A stretch of DNA of 63,944 nt, counting the filler, from Collodictyon triciliatum (taxonomy: Eukaryota): assembly GCA_043381765.1 (NCBI GenBank). It is 8 parts of 8 records of this genome, joined end to end, with 100 filler letters (N's around TTAATTAATTAA, not from the genome) between each part and the next. Parts side by side here need not be neighbours in the genome. Positions count along the whole stretch, not along the records: positions 16,934 to 25,233 come from JBHJMP010003457.1; positions 25,334 to 33,696 come from JBHJMP010003458.1; positions 33,797 to 42,158 come from JBHJMP010003459.1; 5 more parts are not named here. The stretch is one strand, 5' to 3'. Position 1 is the first letter of the stretch. Each line of letters opens with the position of its first letter. Of the stretch, positions 22,194-36,143 are shown piece by piece. The notes beneath the pieces were generated by a model. That model was given only the letters and a program-made list of their open reading frames with translations, was not told the origin of the DNA and did not search any database. A program made the position numbers and the translations under genes.

Positions 22194-24660
22194 ATGGAGA
22201 AGAGTGCAAAAGCCCAGCTGCGAGTGGCCTGTGGGAAAACGGTATACGTTGCCGATTTAGCTTTGGACTGTTCTGACGAGGTTCATGTTAACCCCAACAC
22301 TTTACTATCATCTTAACCCTAACTTTAACTGTGACTTTATTTTGAACCGTGGCTTTACTCAGATTTTATTTTTGTCTTAATTCCTTTTTATTTTTCATAG
22401 TATAGTATGTTGTATTATTTACTGTTGTAATATTCTTTGTCTCTCCTGTCTCTAGCCATTTATTTATCTTTTTTTTTTATTCGATTATCTTTGTTCACTC
22501 TCATTATTATTTAAAAGAAAGTCGAGAAACTTGTCGGCCTTCTTCCATGCAGCCAACAGACTTCCGCTCGCCACGTGTGGGAAAACTACAAGAAATATTC
22601 ATCGCATGTTTATAGTGGCTTTTTGGAATTGCCAGATGGTAGTGCATGGCATACAATGCTTTATATTATTTTAACTTAAATGAATGCAGTTTACTAAGAA
22701 ATGTAAATTAGTCCGCAGTGTGTAAGAGAACTGAAAAGGAATAATATAATCGCTGATTTTCTTTCTCGTAATCCATTTACCTTGTACGGGCTAATAACCA
22801 AAACAAAAATAAACAAAACCAGAAAACTACCAATCATCCAAAGCTATGGAAAGTGCATCACAATGGGCTGATTATTACCGTGCCCAAGACCTACTGTATT
22901 CCAATGAGGTCTACTTTTATTCGCGTACCAACCTTTTGATAAAATTATATTCCTTACTAATGCCATCAGAGGCAGTCTCTCAGAATTATTTACTAATTTT
23001 TACCTCATTAATCCCTAATAGCAAAAGCAAGATTACAATCCATCGCCAAATGAAAATATAGTTCCTTTTCATGACCAAGCAAACGCGAAGGAAAGGAAAA
23101 AGGTGGGTAATTAACCATTTTCTCGTTGTTAATCAGGAGAAATTAATTATGAATGCAAGAAAAATGAACGGGAATTCCTATATTAATCTCCACGTATGTA
23201 TCATCTTTGTGCGAAATCGCAGTTTACAAGTTTCGGATCTGCATACCACACGCTAATTCATGCGGGCCAGTGGGAGAGTGAGTCTATAGTCTCGCTGGAA
23301 TATTCCATGCATATGGAAATGCTTGATAGGTGGAATATATGTGAACAAGAAATGCATTCTCTTCAACTCAGGTTTTTAGGCTCATTTTTATCATACATAT
23401 ATGGCGGTACATTCCTTTGTCTTCCATACGCATTTTTCTTTTTCTTTTCCTTTTTCTTTTCTTTTCTTTTCCTTTCCTTTTTCTTTTTCTTTTTCTTTTT
23501 CTTTTTCTTTTTCTTTTTCTTTTTCTTTTTCTTTTTCTTTTTCTTTTTCTTTTTCTTTTTCTTTTTCTTTCCTTTTCTCTTTGCAAAAAGATGAAAATGA
23601 AATATCAAGCTCGGTTTAATAATTAAGTGTGTAGGCAGGAAAATGAAATGAAAGTTGAACTCCACAAAGCCAGCACTGAGAATGACCCTAACTCCGTTAT
23701 TTCTAAAGTAAAGTGTGCAATTTTTATAAAATAAAGCCTCTTTGGCTCGCATATGAATACATTATGTTTTCTCATTTCCTTGATATCAAATCAAAATAAA
23801 TCAACTTCAATATAACGAAAAGAAAACCAGCTGATGTCATTTTTATAGTGAATGTATTGTGACTTTTTTTTTTCATGCTTTGGATAGATTGTATCACGAC
23901 ATTTGCAAGAAGTAGAAACACAAGAAACTCAGAATAAGTCAAAGAATAACCGTTTGTCCAGGTCATGCAGTATTTTTATTTATTATAATTAGGATACCAA
24001 ATCAAAAGCTTCCCTGAAACATCAGTCCCGATTTGTATTTAATTATGAAAATGCAATATGACACAATATAATGGCCTTAACTCTTTCTTTTTTGAATTGT
24101 ACAGAAAACACCGAAAGGAATTTCGGGAATACATATTCAAGCTGTATCGCACTCATTTACAAAAGCAAAGGCTTGCTCAATCAGAGGGCTCTGACGATGG
24201 ACACTCGGCATCAGATACTGCAAGTAACCTTGGTGACTTCTCAGATCACCAGAAATCTACCTCTTCCATGTCAGCTTATGCGACCACCGCAATATCTATG
24301 GCTGCTGCGACAGTTACAGCAACAGTTACTGCACCTGTCGACCTAATTGGTGGATTATTCAGCATGGGATACAATCTCATTTCCAAAGGTACATTCCACT
24401 TTTCTTTTTAATCCTTCTTATAACGAGATGTTACTACTTCGGGAGGAAATATTGAAATGTTGATTTCAAGCCAATTTTCCTCAGATATATCAAGACTTTC
24501 GGTTCGCCTTAGCTTTTCATAAGTCCTTGTGACTTAATGGCCTATCAATAGGATCTACAGCTGATATCACTCCTATGCCAACAGTCCAAAAGCCCTTGAA
24601 TATCTCAAGTAATAAATATACTGCAGACCTCACAGGTCATCAAAGTAGCAAAGGGGTATT
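22194..24660 (+). CDS. Probable multi-exon hypothetical protein
   Basis: Exon-like blocks with GT-AG flanks: MEKSAKAQLRVACGKTVYVADLALDCSDE; AMESASQWADYYRAQDLLYSNE; HRKEFREYIFKLYRTHLQKQRLAQSEGSDD...; STADITPMPTVQKP. No homology recognised. Confidence 0.45.
23432..23575. repeat. (CTTTTT)n microsatellite
   Basis: Visible tandem array. Confidence 0.9.
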
Positions 24661-25233
24661 TGGACACAATTTAAAAAAAAACCTGTGTTATCGACATTAT
24701 GTGTTTGTTTAATCTTTTTGCTTTTCTTTTTTTTTTTTTTTTACTTTTGAGTTTGTTTGTTTGTTTGTTTTCTACTTTCTACTTTATATTTTATATTTTG
24801 TACTTAAAACTTTTTTTATTATTATCCGTCATATATCACCATCATCTTCAATATCAATATAAAAGCATCAACAAATATCAATACCTAGAACAATTTATCA
24901 AGACCATCTATGATTTACTCGACTGAGGGAGTTGGCAATCAGGAAATTTTACCGTACTCAGAATCCTTCTCTGTGTATTTAGGCCCCATGCAAGTGTGTA
25001 ATAGTTAGAATTGTTTTGAATTATAGAACTCTTTCTTTAATTTTTATATTCAAGGAAAATTATGAGTTACGATATAATGAAAGGTCTGCATAGCTTTATT
25101 TGTCTTTTTATTGTCTCTTTCTTGTATCTTTCTTGTATCTTTCTTGTCTCTTTCTTGTCTCTTTCTTGTATCTTTCTTGTATCTTTCTTGTATCTTTCTT
25201 GTATCTTTCTTGTATCTTTCTTGTATCTTTTTT

Positions 25234-25333
25234 NNNNNNNNNNNNNNNNNNNNNNNNNNNNNNNNNNNNNNNNNNNNTTAATTAATTAANNNNNNNNNNN
25301 NNNNNNNNNNNNNNNNNNNNNNNNNNNNNNNNN
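25234..25333. other. Artificial contig linker
   Basis: N44-TTAATTAATTAA-N44. Confidence 0.99.
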
Positions 25334-27229
25334 AAACAAGATACTCCGTGCGTACGAGTCTGTCATGAGGCAAGGAAATTTTAGAATCGCTGTTTTTTCG
25401 CATGTGACAAGCTCTACTGGAATGCTAATGCCTATCACAGGCCTTGTCGATTTGGCTAGAAAATAGTATGTTTTCCCCGAGCCATTTATCATTTTGCTTC
25501 TGTCTGTAGTGTAGATGACTAATCACCTCTACAGTGAAACCCATTAATCATCATATATTCAATTCTTTTTTTTTAAAAAAAAATTGCAGCAATATTCTCT
25601 CCCTTGTTGATGGCGCGCACGCACCTGGGATTATTCCAATCAATATTCGGGAGCTCAAGCCTGACTTTTACGTAACATGCTTGTTCCCGTCTTTGGATTC
25701 TACTTCACATCATTTTCATTTTTCTTTTGTTTTCTTTTGTTTTCTTTTCTTTACAGAAATATTCTATGGTTTGAAATCCACACATACCACGAAAGATTCA
25801 TTAACAGTATCTGCCACAATAGATTGGTAACTTTCACAAGTGGATGTGCAACCCGAAAGGCGGAGCTTTTCTATACGTGAAAGCAGATTTACAGGTTTCC
25901 TTTTCTAATTTTTTTTTCACAATTTTTAGCAACATATGAATGTAAAGACTGTTTTGTTTGTATATTACTACTGCTGCTGTGGCAGGCTTTGTTTTCTTGT
26001 TTTAAGCCAACTCGTTCATTTCTAGAGTCTCATTCACCCGTGCATTATATCACACAACTATGGTGCTGGCTTCAGGAAAGAGTTTGAGTGGACTGGTAAG
26101 CTATATTCAAAGATCGAAAGAGCGTAACCTTCTATGTCCTTTTGTTGTAATCCTTCGCCCATGTAAATGTATCCTCAGATGAAGATATTTATTTGAAAAA
26201 AAAAAAAGAGACAGTTACACTACTTTTGCTCTAATCATCACAAAGGTACGGACGATATTTCCAACCAGCTGACCGTGTCCAACACAATCGACTGGTTTCT
26301 GAGCCTCGGACCAGAAAATGCCATGAGCTACCAAACAAACCTTCGACTTTGGGCTGGTGAGTTTTGTATTCGAACGTTTGTTAATTGCTATTTGTAAGCG
26401 AATGAAAGTGTTGTGAAGCAAATACATAATAGTTTTTCTTTGGAGAATCAAATAAAATGACATATTATCAGAATTCTCTCTTAATTTTTCTTATCATAAT
26501 ACCAAATAACTTCCAACAGTGAACTACCTCGTCGGTTTATGGAAAACTGAGCCGTTGGCTCCACCAGAAATGCTTAGCCCTTCCATGGCGGTTAGTTATT
26601 CTTAAATATAATTCAATATGATCAAAAATAGTTGTTTCCTGTCTCATTTTCTTTGCCTTTTTTTTTTTTTTAATGTCAATCGACTAAATACTGATGAGGC
26701 ATAGTATCGAAACATGTAATTATCACTACCTTAATCGTCCAGAACATCGCCGTTCCCAACATTGGCATGGGTACAACTCCCGAGGATGCGGCTCGGCTTC
26801 ATGACATCCTCCTTGCTGAATATAAAATCGAGGTTTTTATATATTTATTTATTTATTTTCCAGTCTGAAGTAATCCAAAAAGAGACTGCTAATTGAACAG
26901 CTTCAAATATAAAGCCAAGCCAGCCGATAATGCGCAATTTCCAACCATACAAATGAATCCGTACCGGATTAGCGAATGAAAAATTCTTTTTTTTAGGTGG
27001 TCTGTTTGTCCATTCAGAATCGACTCTGGATAAGAATATCCTGTGCCATTTACAACGCTGAGGAGGATTATATCCGCCTTGGAGGTTGAACTAGATTTCT
27101 TTTTCCAATATGCAACACACATAGACAAGCCTCTTGGCAAACTATCAGATTCACATATTTCTATCTTCACTTGAAGATGCCATCGTCGACCTTCAATCGC
27201 GCTCGAGCAAAATCGCGGCTCGGTTGTGA
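25334..27229 (+). CDS. PLP-dependent class V aminotransferase-fold enzyme (hercynylcysteine sulfoxide lyase Egt2 / isopenicillin N epimerase / L-cysteine desulfhydrase-like); 5'-truncated by the contig edge
   Basis: Spliced motifs [47 protein letters not shown] (PLP lysine), IISHNYGAGFRKEFEWTGTDD and LWIRISCAIYNAEEDY. Last exon ...SKIAARL-TGA (27227-27229). Confidence 0.85.
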
Positions 27230-28699
27230 AGTGCCATTCTTTTGTCGTGAGGAAATCCACGATTAGGCATCGCAAGAGAAGCACGAGATTGAATTCAGTT
27301 TTGGTGATCTCCATACGAAAGCGTTACATCTGAATGTAACTCATGTAAAGACATCTTAATTGATACCATTCGACATGCTCTCCAGGGAAGGTCAAGTTCG
27401 TGATGCTGAGAGTGTGACTCCCAATAAACTGATCACATGCTTCACTCAATTGTACTTTTCATTAATTTTTTTTTTTAAAAAAGTCATAATATGTTTAGTT
27501 AAGTTGTATGGTTAAGGAATGGTGGGTATATGAATTTCTATCGCCAGGGCATGAAGGAATTTTATATAAAGATTCTCTTTTTGCTTTATTTTTTTTTTAT
27601 TACTATTCACGACAGCCATAGCTACCTTACTTTGCTTTTTACAAAAAGGAGACCGTCAAAACAAGTGGAAGACACCGGAGACTTGACAGCTAAGACTTTG
27701 AAACTACCCGTACGATGCGGAATCCTTGAATTGCAGGTTTGGATGTTGATGCTAGCGCAAGTATTGTGTGGGGCGGATTGGGTGACATGGAGCGAACAAG
27801 TCCAAGTTCTCCTGCTGGTGAACAGAGCCTAGAGTAAATGAGTGCGATTGGGCGCAGACGAATGTTTTGGATTAGTTTTGTTATTATCGTCGTTGTTAAT
27901 TCTTCGTTGTAAATACTTCAATGAAGAAAAAATGAATAGTATGCTTTCCAGATTTCTTTTTTGGTATCTTTCTAAACCCCACTCACTGATGGATGTATTG
28001 ACCCGTTTTACGAGAATAAATGACGATTTTATTATCTGTGTGTCGGATGAAGGATGGGGATACGTCAGAATCGCACATGTAAAAGTGATGGACATTTTTT
28101 TAAAGAAAATGTGGAAATTATCAGTCTGCTGGGGCTCTGTGAACCAACACATATTTCTCTTATAAGTGAAACACCTGCACTTATGTACAGATAATCGGAC
28201 GTCTGTTTATCTGCGACTGAAGAAAGCTAAATCGTCGGAGGGTTTTTTGTGCACATTCAGTGATAAGGTATTGATAATTGCTATAACTTAGGAATGGGAA
28301 AATAGTATCACAAACTCTAAACGTTACACCCATCGGTTGTTCAGCATTTTCCAGACTGTGCCTGATGCGGGGCCTCAAAGGCTCGAGGTAACCCTTACTG
28401 GATGATATTGTTTCAAAGACTACAAAGCGATCTATTAAAATTTATATTATAAACTCGCTGGTTGTTGCATGCTTTTTAGTTCAACAAAGGAATGTATATA
28501 CACAACGAATTAGTAATAGTAATGGCAATTATTATCGTTATCTTACTTGTTGGTGGTGCCTCTGGGTAATCAACCATCACAACAATATCTTTTCTGTTTG
28601 ATGTCATACATGCTTGAGTAATTCTTTTATCAAAAAAAATCATTAGTTAATAATTCTGATTTACGTTTCATAAAAAAAAACAATGCATAATTTGCATGC

Positions 28700-31239
28700 G
28701 CAGCAATTATCCTGCATATACTTACGATCCTCTCAGAGTATGCTTCTTAAAAGTTTGTTTCAGGTGTGACAAAACAGATCCATTGGAATCCTGTATCACA
28801 TGCAACTGCACCTGCAAAGATTCCAAATATTTTTAAAAAATATGAAAGTTAGATAAAGCGACTCGACAACAGATAAATGCACATATTCACATATATTAAC
28901 TTTACATAGTCGCCCTTGGCCTCGACATCGCCAGGAACAAAAATCCTCTCCTGTAATTGATAACACAGTTGTATTCGCTGCGCATCTAAAAACCCAATCA
29001 CGTATGCCTGTATATAATAAATAAGAGGGAAAAAAATGTATCACCATGATGTTTCCAGGTCTTGAGTTCCCAATCCAAGGCTTCGATTGCAAATCGTGTC
29101 TTTGTATAACATCTGTAACTGTGTGAGGTGGATTTTTTTTGCTTAAAGTCATTAAATGACTGGGTCGAATTATTTCTATTTTTAAAAATGATAAAGAAAG
29201 GGTTATATATATTCGAAACCTTTGTGTTTTGCAGATTGCTTTGTAAGGTCCTCATTCGGATTTTGGACTTCAAGTTTATCAACAAAACAATAGGTTTTCT
29301 CCTTCATCTCCAATACATATTTGGTACTCGACTGAAACCAACCATACTCTGTGAAATAATCTCTGTGATACTTCCACAACACAATCAACCCCTGAGACAT
29401 CAAAGAAAACATTAGAATTATTTGATACACTAAAAAACTTTAATAAACTCATTGCCGATAGGTATCATGTACCATCACATCCATAGTTATCATCGTGTTC
29501 ACATCATAGTCAATAAAATCCATGAAAACGATCGCTTTTCTAGAATCCATTTTTTTTAAAAAAAAAAAATTAAGACTGATTCGTTGAAAACTTAATTCTT
29601 GAAAAATTATCTAGAATCGAGATATTTTGGATACAGAAAGGGTGATTCGGATTACGTGTGTTCACGAAAGATTTCGAAAGAGTATTTCAGCTGCGGCATT
29701 TTCCTTGGGGTCATCATCCTCATACTTTCGACTGGGTTGGCATAATTTCCAAAGACAATCTTTTCATCATATCGTTTCTTTTTTGAGTCATCATATTTTT
29801 TTGAAGCGATAAATTTATACGTATTTGAAATGATGTCCAATTAAAATACTTTCTGGTCATGCGTGGTGTTGCACTTAAAGATGTATCCCCCGTCGGTTCC
29901 GAGAAGTATCTACCAAGCAAAATAATTGTGGAGCTTTGTGAGTTTGTACCTGAGGGCATCGCCAGATAATAATCACTATTTTTTTTTATTATCAAAAATA
30001 ATTCTCATGGTTCAGATATTAGCTATGTGGTAATAGCCAGGAAACAAACCGAGTTCTGGGTCAGAAAGATGTTCATAGCTGGGTGGAACTTGGCTTTGCT
30101 GATCCGAAAATCGCTCTAAATTATTCGGTGATTTAGGTAGTCTCACTTTCAATACCTTCCGAAACAAATCACTATAAGCTATTTGATCGAGATTACGCAC
30201 TAGTTCAATATCTTTGCTAGTGAAATTTCCGCCCATGTTTGATCGAATATCTGCGTGTGAAATGTACATCCATAAACCAAATAAATAGTCGTATTTAATC
30301 AAAATGATTAGGAATGCTTGAAAAAAAACATTAATGACTAGTCTGAACTCCGAAGCTGACCTCTCAGTAATTCTCCATAAAATGTAACAAGGTCGCCTTT
30401 TTCAATTACAGCTTCGGCAATCAAATCTACTGCAGCAACATTCCCAGTGTCCCTTCTTCTCAGCCAACCAGGTGCAAACCCGCTTGGCTTCGGTGATGGA
30501 ACACTGAGAAGAAAAACAGCCCCCTAAACATTTAAGATTGTGTGCTTGGTTTTAATATTGATTCTTGATAGAGGAAAAGAGTAGACCTTAAGAGAAGAGA
30601 ATCAGAGACGTTTTCTTACATTGGCTAGATACATAATCAACCGCGATGAATCTAGAGACCATTGAATAAAGACTACGCTTGATTTAGTGGCTTCACTTTT
30701 GAACATAGCAATCTGAACGGGAGTATTTCCGTCAAAATATATGACATGGACAGAGCCTGTGTATTAAGTTTCAATCAATAATAGCGAAAAATTAAAATAA
30801 TAGTTTTTGTAAAACCAAATATCACATTTGATTCCTTTTGTTTATATTGTAAATAGTATGATATATATAGCTAAAAATTAAAAAATACGAGGGAAAAAAG
30901 AGAGAAAAAGAAAAAAAGATTGCATGCCTCCTGAAGTCCCAGCAGCGAGTAACAATCCACTAGCATCAAATTCCAAGTGTGTGATAGGGTCTGATTGAAT
31001 ATTGATTTCAAACGGTTGGAATGAAAACATGCTCCATAAATCCACTTCGGATGCCTTAACTGATGGGTCAACCTCAAACTCGGGTAGCCTGCATCAATCA
31101 AATGAAATGTTTCCAGAGTCTTGTTTAAAAAGACTGCTAAAGGGAGAAATTTTTGTCTTTTGTACCAAACAGTCTGCAAGTTTGAAATTATACGCTTGTG
31201 GTGACAAAGGAACTGCATTCGCCGCGTTGAATTCGTCAT
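28700..31239 (-). CDS. Multi-exon hypothetical protein, possibly beta-propeller-like
   Basis: Series of minus-strand exon-like blocks with GT/AG ends (LRHPKWIYGACFHSN; VVFIQWSLDSSRLIMY; DLIAEAVIEKGDLVTFYG; IRDWVFRCAANTTVLSITGE). Confidence 0.4.
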
Positions 31240-31632
31240 ACTCGTCTTTATCTGTCACCCAGGACTTGCCCAATGGAAAGACATCAAGGGTGGAAAAGTA
31301 ATGGACTGGTCTATCATATTGTAAACGGAAACACGATAATGTCAGTTCGTCGTTGCGTTCATCAGTTCAACTTTATAAAACGTTTTTGTATCGATGAAAT
31401 AAATAGCGAGCCTTGATTTTCTCATTTTCACACTAGAATGATATGAAAGACTTAAAGCCGAACGAATTTGTGCATTTCCCTTTTTATTTTTATTTTTAGT
31501 TATTCATGTACATATGCATAAAAAAAAGGTGTACTTTCATTTTTGGTATTAATAATAACTAATGACAGAGTAATATAATCAAAAAAATTTTAAAAGAAAG
31601 AGGAAAGAAAAAGACGATAGAGGACAAGTATT

Positions 31633-31925
31633 CTAAATACCAACCGATATAGCGTTTAGTAGCATTTCCATAGGCTTTCCTTCTATATATTCGAGAACAT
31701 CTTCCATATTTTCAGCGATTGATTGACATTCTCGATCTATTTCCTGATAAAAAAATTGCTCAGTAACAATCAATTCGAAACGAGTATCTTCAAAAAAAAT
31801 TGATGATGCTAAATGCTCTTAAGCAATACAAAAAACTTAAATTTACCTCCTCAATTAATTCTGCTACAAATTGCGCGACATCAGATTTCATAAAGGCATC
31901 GTAATCTTCATCCATTTCCTGTGGC

Positions 31926-31998
<73 letters not shown>

Positions 31999-33380
31999 AT
32001 CAGCGCACGTTACTCGATTATTTGATACTAATGCTTAGTGATGGGATATTTAATACCAGAATTGAAGAGTGCTCATCTGTTGTCTCCTCGTCTGGTGTAT
32101 CTCTATGCGGAATCATACCAGGAATGATTTAGCTGTTGAATATATTTTCTTTGAGGAAATTATATATGAAAACCTGTTAATATTTGGAACGCTCTTTTTG
32201 AAGAAGGAGGAGTCTCCAAACACTTCCGATGTATATTTCCCTTGCGCAAGTCTATGAGAATCCAAAGTATGGGAAGATGCGTTAGTTTAATGCAATTTTC
32301 AAGCAGACATTGTATTCCTTGTAATTTTTCGTTCTCATATTGCTGGCATTTTTCTTTTCATAAACGATTATGTGCACACGAATCAAAATTTCCGATTGTA
32401 TTGAACTCAGCTACTTGGCATCCCATTTTTCTCTTTCTTTTTTTTCGATTTCAAGACGCTTCTGTTGTACCGATCTTTTATTTTAAATAGATATAAATAA
32501 TGGTCATAAAAAGCGGTTCATAAATTCGACCTAAACATGCAAAGAAAAGAAGAGAAAATACGAGAAGACTTGAAAATTGTGAACATAAAAAAAATTATTA
32601 AACATTCGGTACAAAAAAAAAAACTTGTCGAAGGTGCGAAATCTTTGTCGAAACTCAAGAACCTGTAAAATGAAATTTTTTATAAAACTGCATAATCGTA
32701 AAATGAATAACAAAAAAAAAAAATGAACAATATGAAATTATGGAGAAAAGAACAAGAATATGGAGCTGCATACTTGTTGGATTTTGTTCTGTTCCCTGTC
32801 TAATTTGGGGCCTTGATTGTGGTTAAATGATACATTTCAAACAATAAGGAAAAGGTGATTCGGTCAAGCAAATTATACATTTAAGAACGGTGATGGTATC
32901 ATCTGCTTTAGGGTTTCGAAAGAAATCATTTCGGTGTGCACTTTTGGGAAAAAAACCTTGAAAATATGACCCTGTTATTGCAGCGCTCTGCAGTCGTGAT
33001 GCCTTCGATAAGTTGTGGTTAATCAAGTCTAGTTCTTTCTCCCTTTTTTGATTCTTGACCGACTCGATTAAGTTCTCTCTGATTAGCAAAAAAAATTAGA
33101 TTAGTTTGATAACTTTGCGATATGTCTGCTTTTCATTCTATTTTGGTGACTTTGGCGATGTGATGGTCAATACAATAGAAAAGACGTGAGATGTTTACTA
33201 GTTGCATAATGCAAGAAATTACAAAATATTCGTTTAATATAAATAAACCCTCACAGATAATAAATGTCTCTTTGAACCTCAGTTTTTTTATGAAAAGTAT
33301 CCCGCAGTTGGACATCTTTGCATTCCATTAACTCAACATGCTTCCACATTGACTCGCTGTGCATTTCCTGTTGAGCATTC
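31633..33380 (-). CDS. Multi-exon hypothetical charged/coiled-coil protein
   Basis: Exons such as RENLIESVKNQKREKELDLINH, VQQKRLEIEKKEREKWDA and EMDEDYDAFMKSDVAQFVAELIEE. Last exon EIDRECQSIAENMEDVLEYIEG...SVGI-TAG (31633-31635). Start uncertain. Confidence 0.5.
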
Positions 33381-33560
33381 GTGTATTGCAAAACTTATTC
33401 GTGGATTCAAATTTTCGAACATGAATATTGATTCACTGGTAATTAAATAAGGAGACAATTACATGCTTAGTTGGATTAAAAGGTGGTATATAACATCATT
33501 GGAATCATAAGAAAGTAGTTTTATGCTGCATGTAAATGATACTAATTATATTAACAGCAC

Positions 33561-33660
<100 letters not shown>

Positions 33661-33696
33661 TATAATAACCTGATCAACGGACATTGCATTTCCTTT

Positions 33697-33796
33697 NNNN
33701 NNNNNNNNNNNNNNNNNNNNNNNNNNNNNNNNNNNNNNNNTTAATTAATTAANNNNNNNNNNNNNNNNNNNNNNNNNNNNNNNNNNNNNNNNNNNN
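33697..33796. other. Artificial contig linker
   Basis: N44-TTAATTAATTAA-N44. Confidence 0.99.
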
Positions 33797-34339
33797 TTTT
33801 TTTTTGGTTATTATTTGTTTCAAAGAGCCCGCTCCGTCTTATTAGTAGTTTGTTGTACTCACGGGTCGGTGGCAGCTGGTGTCTCGATCGTCGGCGTGTT
33901 TCGGTGCATAGCATATGTTGCGAAGGATGAGGCCAAGTGACCTTTTCGCTCTCTGGGTTGGCTTTGTCGGCCTTCCCGGCTTGCGTTCGGTCAGTAGGCA
34001 TTTCACGGGGCATTCTGTGGCGCTGGTCTCCTGGTAGGTGGTCTCGTCCTTCTTGGGATCGCTCTTTCCGATCGCTTGCTTGTTTTTTTTTTTCCGGCTT
34101 CACAATGAATTGGGTTGAGAGAAGGAACGAACGCCAGTGCAATAATATTATTTTCCGGAGAATATGTCTTTTTCTCTCAGTGTACTTGTTTCTCGGCAAA
34201 AGACTTTTTCTTATTCATTGTGCTACTTTTTATTGTTCCTCTCAAGTCTGCATCGGTCACTGATCGCCACAGTTATTCACAGTGTGTGGGTTCTTTTATT
34301 CAAGGGGAGAAAAGAGAAAAATTCAAGGTAATTATCCTT

Positions 34340-36143
34340 TTAATCGAGCTGTTGGGGGCCGAGTGATGAATCTTCGATGGAACCCATAGCAGTCTTTGGT
34401 TTTCAGCCCCCAGGATGATTTAGCGTGGTATATTTACGAAAAATAGTCAGGAGCTGCCAACTGCATCGCGTACTTTGCCACCGAGTGCAAATCGAATGAT
34501 TATACAATATAATGAAGGATATATATTCCAAAACTTACAAAATTGCCACCCTTGAAGGAAACCTTTTCAAGACGGACTCTGATGACAGAGTCCTATAAAA
34601 ATGCTTTAAGTGTATGATGCAAAAGACATCCAAGAGAGAAAGACATCTTTCATTTAGCAGATGTAATTGACAAGGCAGACACAAAAGAATATGTGCATTT
34701 ACCTTTCCGAAGGGTTGTGAAGAGTCCTGGCTGTAGAATTCACCTTCGGGACTGATAGAAAGGTGGTCTGGAAATTTCTAAACATTGTATTTTTTATGTG
34801 AATTTCTAATGGTCTATGGACATTAGTAAATAAATGTATAAATCTATAAAGTTTGGGAAAATTACATGGTCTTCAACAATAGTGTAATATGACTTTTTTT
34901 TTTCATTAGAAAAGAACATGTGTGCAATAGAATGCATGATACTATTCCCTTCGATATAACTGATTCGCTGGCTATTTCTTTATTGCCGTCTAACCTGCTT
35001 GCTAATGTGGATACGAAGCGGGCCGACAGTTGCCATGATGAAATTCTTTGGATATTAAGAAAAAATTGATTTAGTAACTTCGAGTTTGAGGGGGATATAT
35101 AGATAACAAAGAACAAAATGAAATTAATCAGAATGCTTTCAAGTATACTGATAAATAATAACAATACATGCTAATAAAAGGTAGATAAAGAATCATCGAT
35201 GTAAAGTTATGAACAAGATAGTTATGTGTGTTTTTTTTTAATATCTCCCGTTCTACATAATTTAATTAAATTAAAGAGAAAAAAAAGAGCACCTGGCGGA
35301 CGCTTACTAGGCGAGCACCAACAACCTCGCCTTTGAAGGGGCGATAAACAAGGGCCTTAAATTCGACTGGAAATATGACATATGATGATGCCTCTCTCAC
35401 TATACCGAGGCCTGGGTGTGGTGAAGAAACAAACATCTCGTTACAACTCAATCATAAACACACCAGGAGACAACAATGCACAAAATATTTAATACAAGAA
35501 TCTGACATATTTTAGTGATGGACATAACCATCAGTACATAGCCGTAAGTAGGACTACATGTTCCTTCCGTTTCACTAGTAAAAAGTGCACCATTCCGATG
35601 GTAATAGTAATAGAGAAAAAGAAAAGGAATACACAAGTTCAGTTTGATTTGTTCTTAGCATTATTCATGTGTGTACCCCAGGCCGGCGCATGTGTAATTT
35701 TGAATAGCATCCAGAATAAATAGAAGAAAAAACGACCAGGGTGGTTCAACCCCAAGTTTATAGGCTCAAGAGGACAAAAATACAGTTAAATTACGGCTTT
35801 ACTTTAGAATCTTGTTTTCGATGTGCTTCTTGAGGTCACGCCCTAGTGCCCGAGGAGGCATTGCAACTTCACGCTTAATCTCAACCTAGTACAAAAGAGA
35901 ATAATTCAGGAGGATACTTTCATGTGGTGCTTTCAGTCACCGATGATAGCTATGTGGTATCTCCACACTGCTATGGAAAACCTCGTGATATGCCAGTCTC
36001 GATTTGTTTTATTGATACTCAAAGGGGCGAGGTTGATAAAAACAGGCAGGATGGTAGCAAACATATCGTCGTATCAATTTAAAAATTCCACTGATGTTGA
36101 GAATTCTGTGATAACAAAGCGCTTTTCTTACCTCTGCAAACAT
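34340..36143 (-). CDS. RPB7: RNA polymerase Rpb7-family subunit (divergent RPB7-like)
   Basis: Spliced product MFAE|VEIKREVAMPPRALGRDLKKHIENKILN|ETEGTCSPTYGYVLMVMSITKI|..LGIVREASSYVIFPVEFKALVYRPFKGEVVGARL..|..TVGPLRIHISKQ..|..TAMGSIEDSSLGPQQLD-TAA. This matches the Rpb7 motifs EGTC..YG, F.P.KGEV and A.GS....LG. Confidence 0.8.

Noticed and set aside
27375-28440. Possible small plus-strand multi-exon gene
   Set aside because: Exon-like pieces exist, but I could not build a coherent frame or recognise a family.
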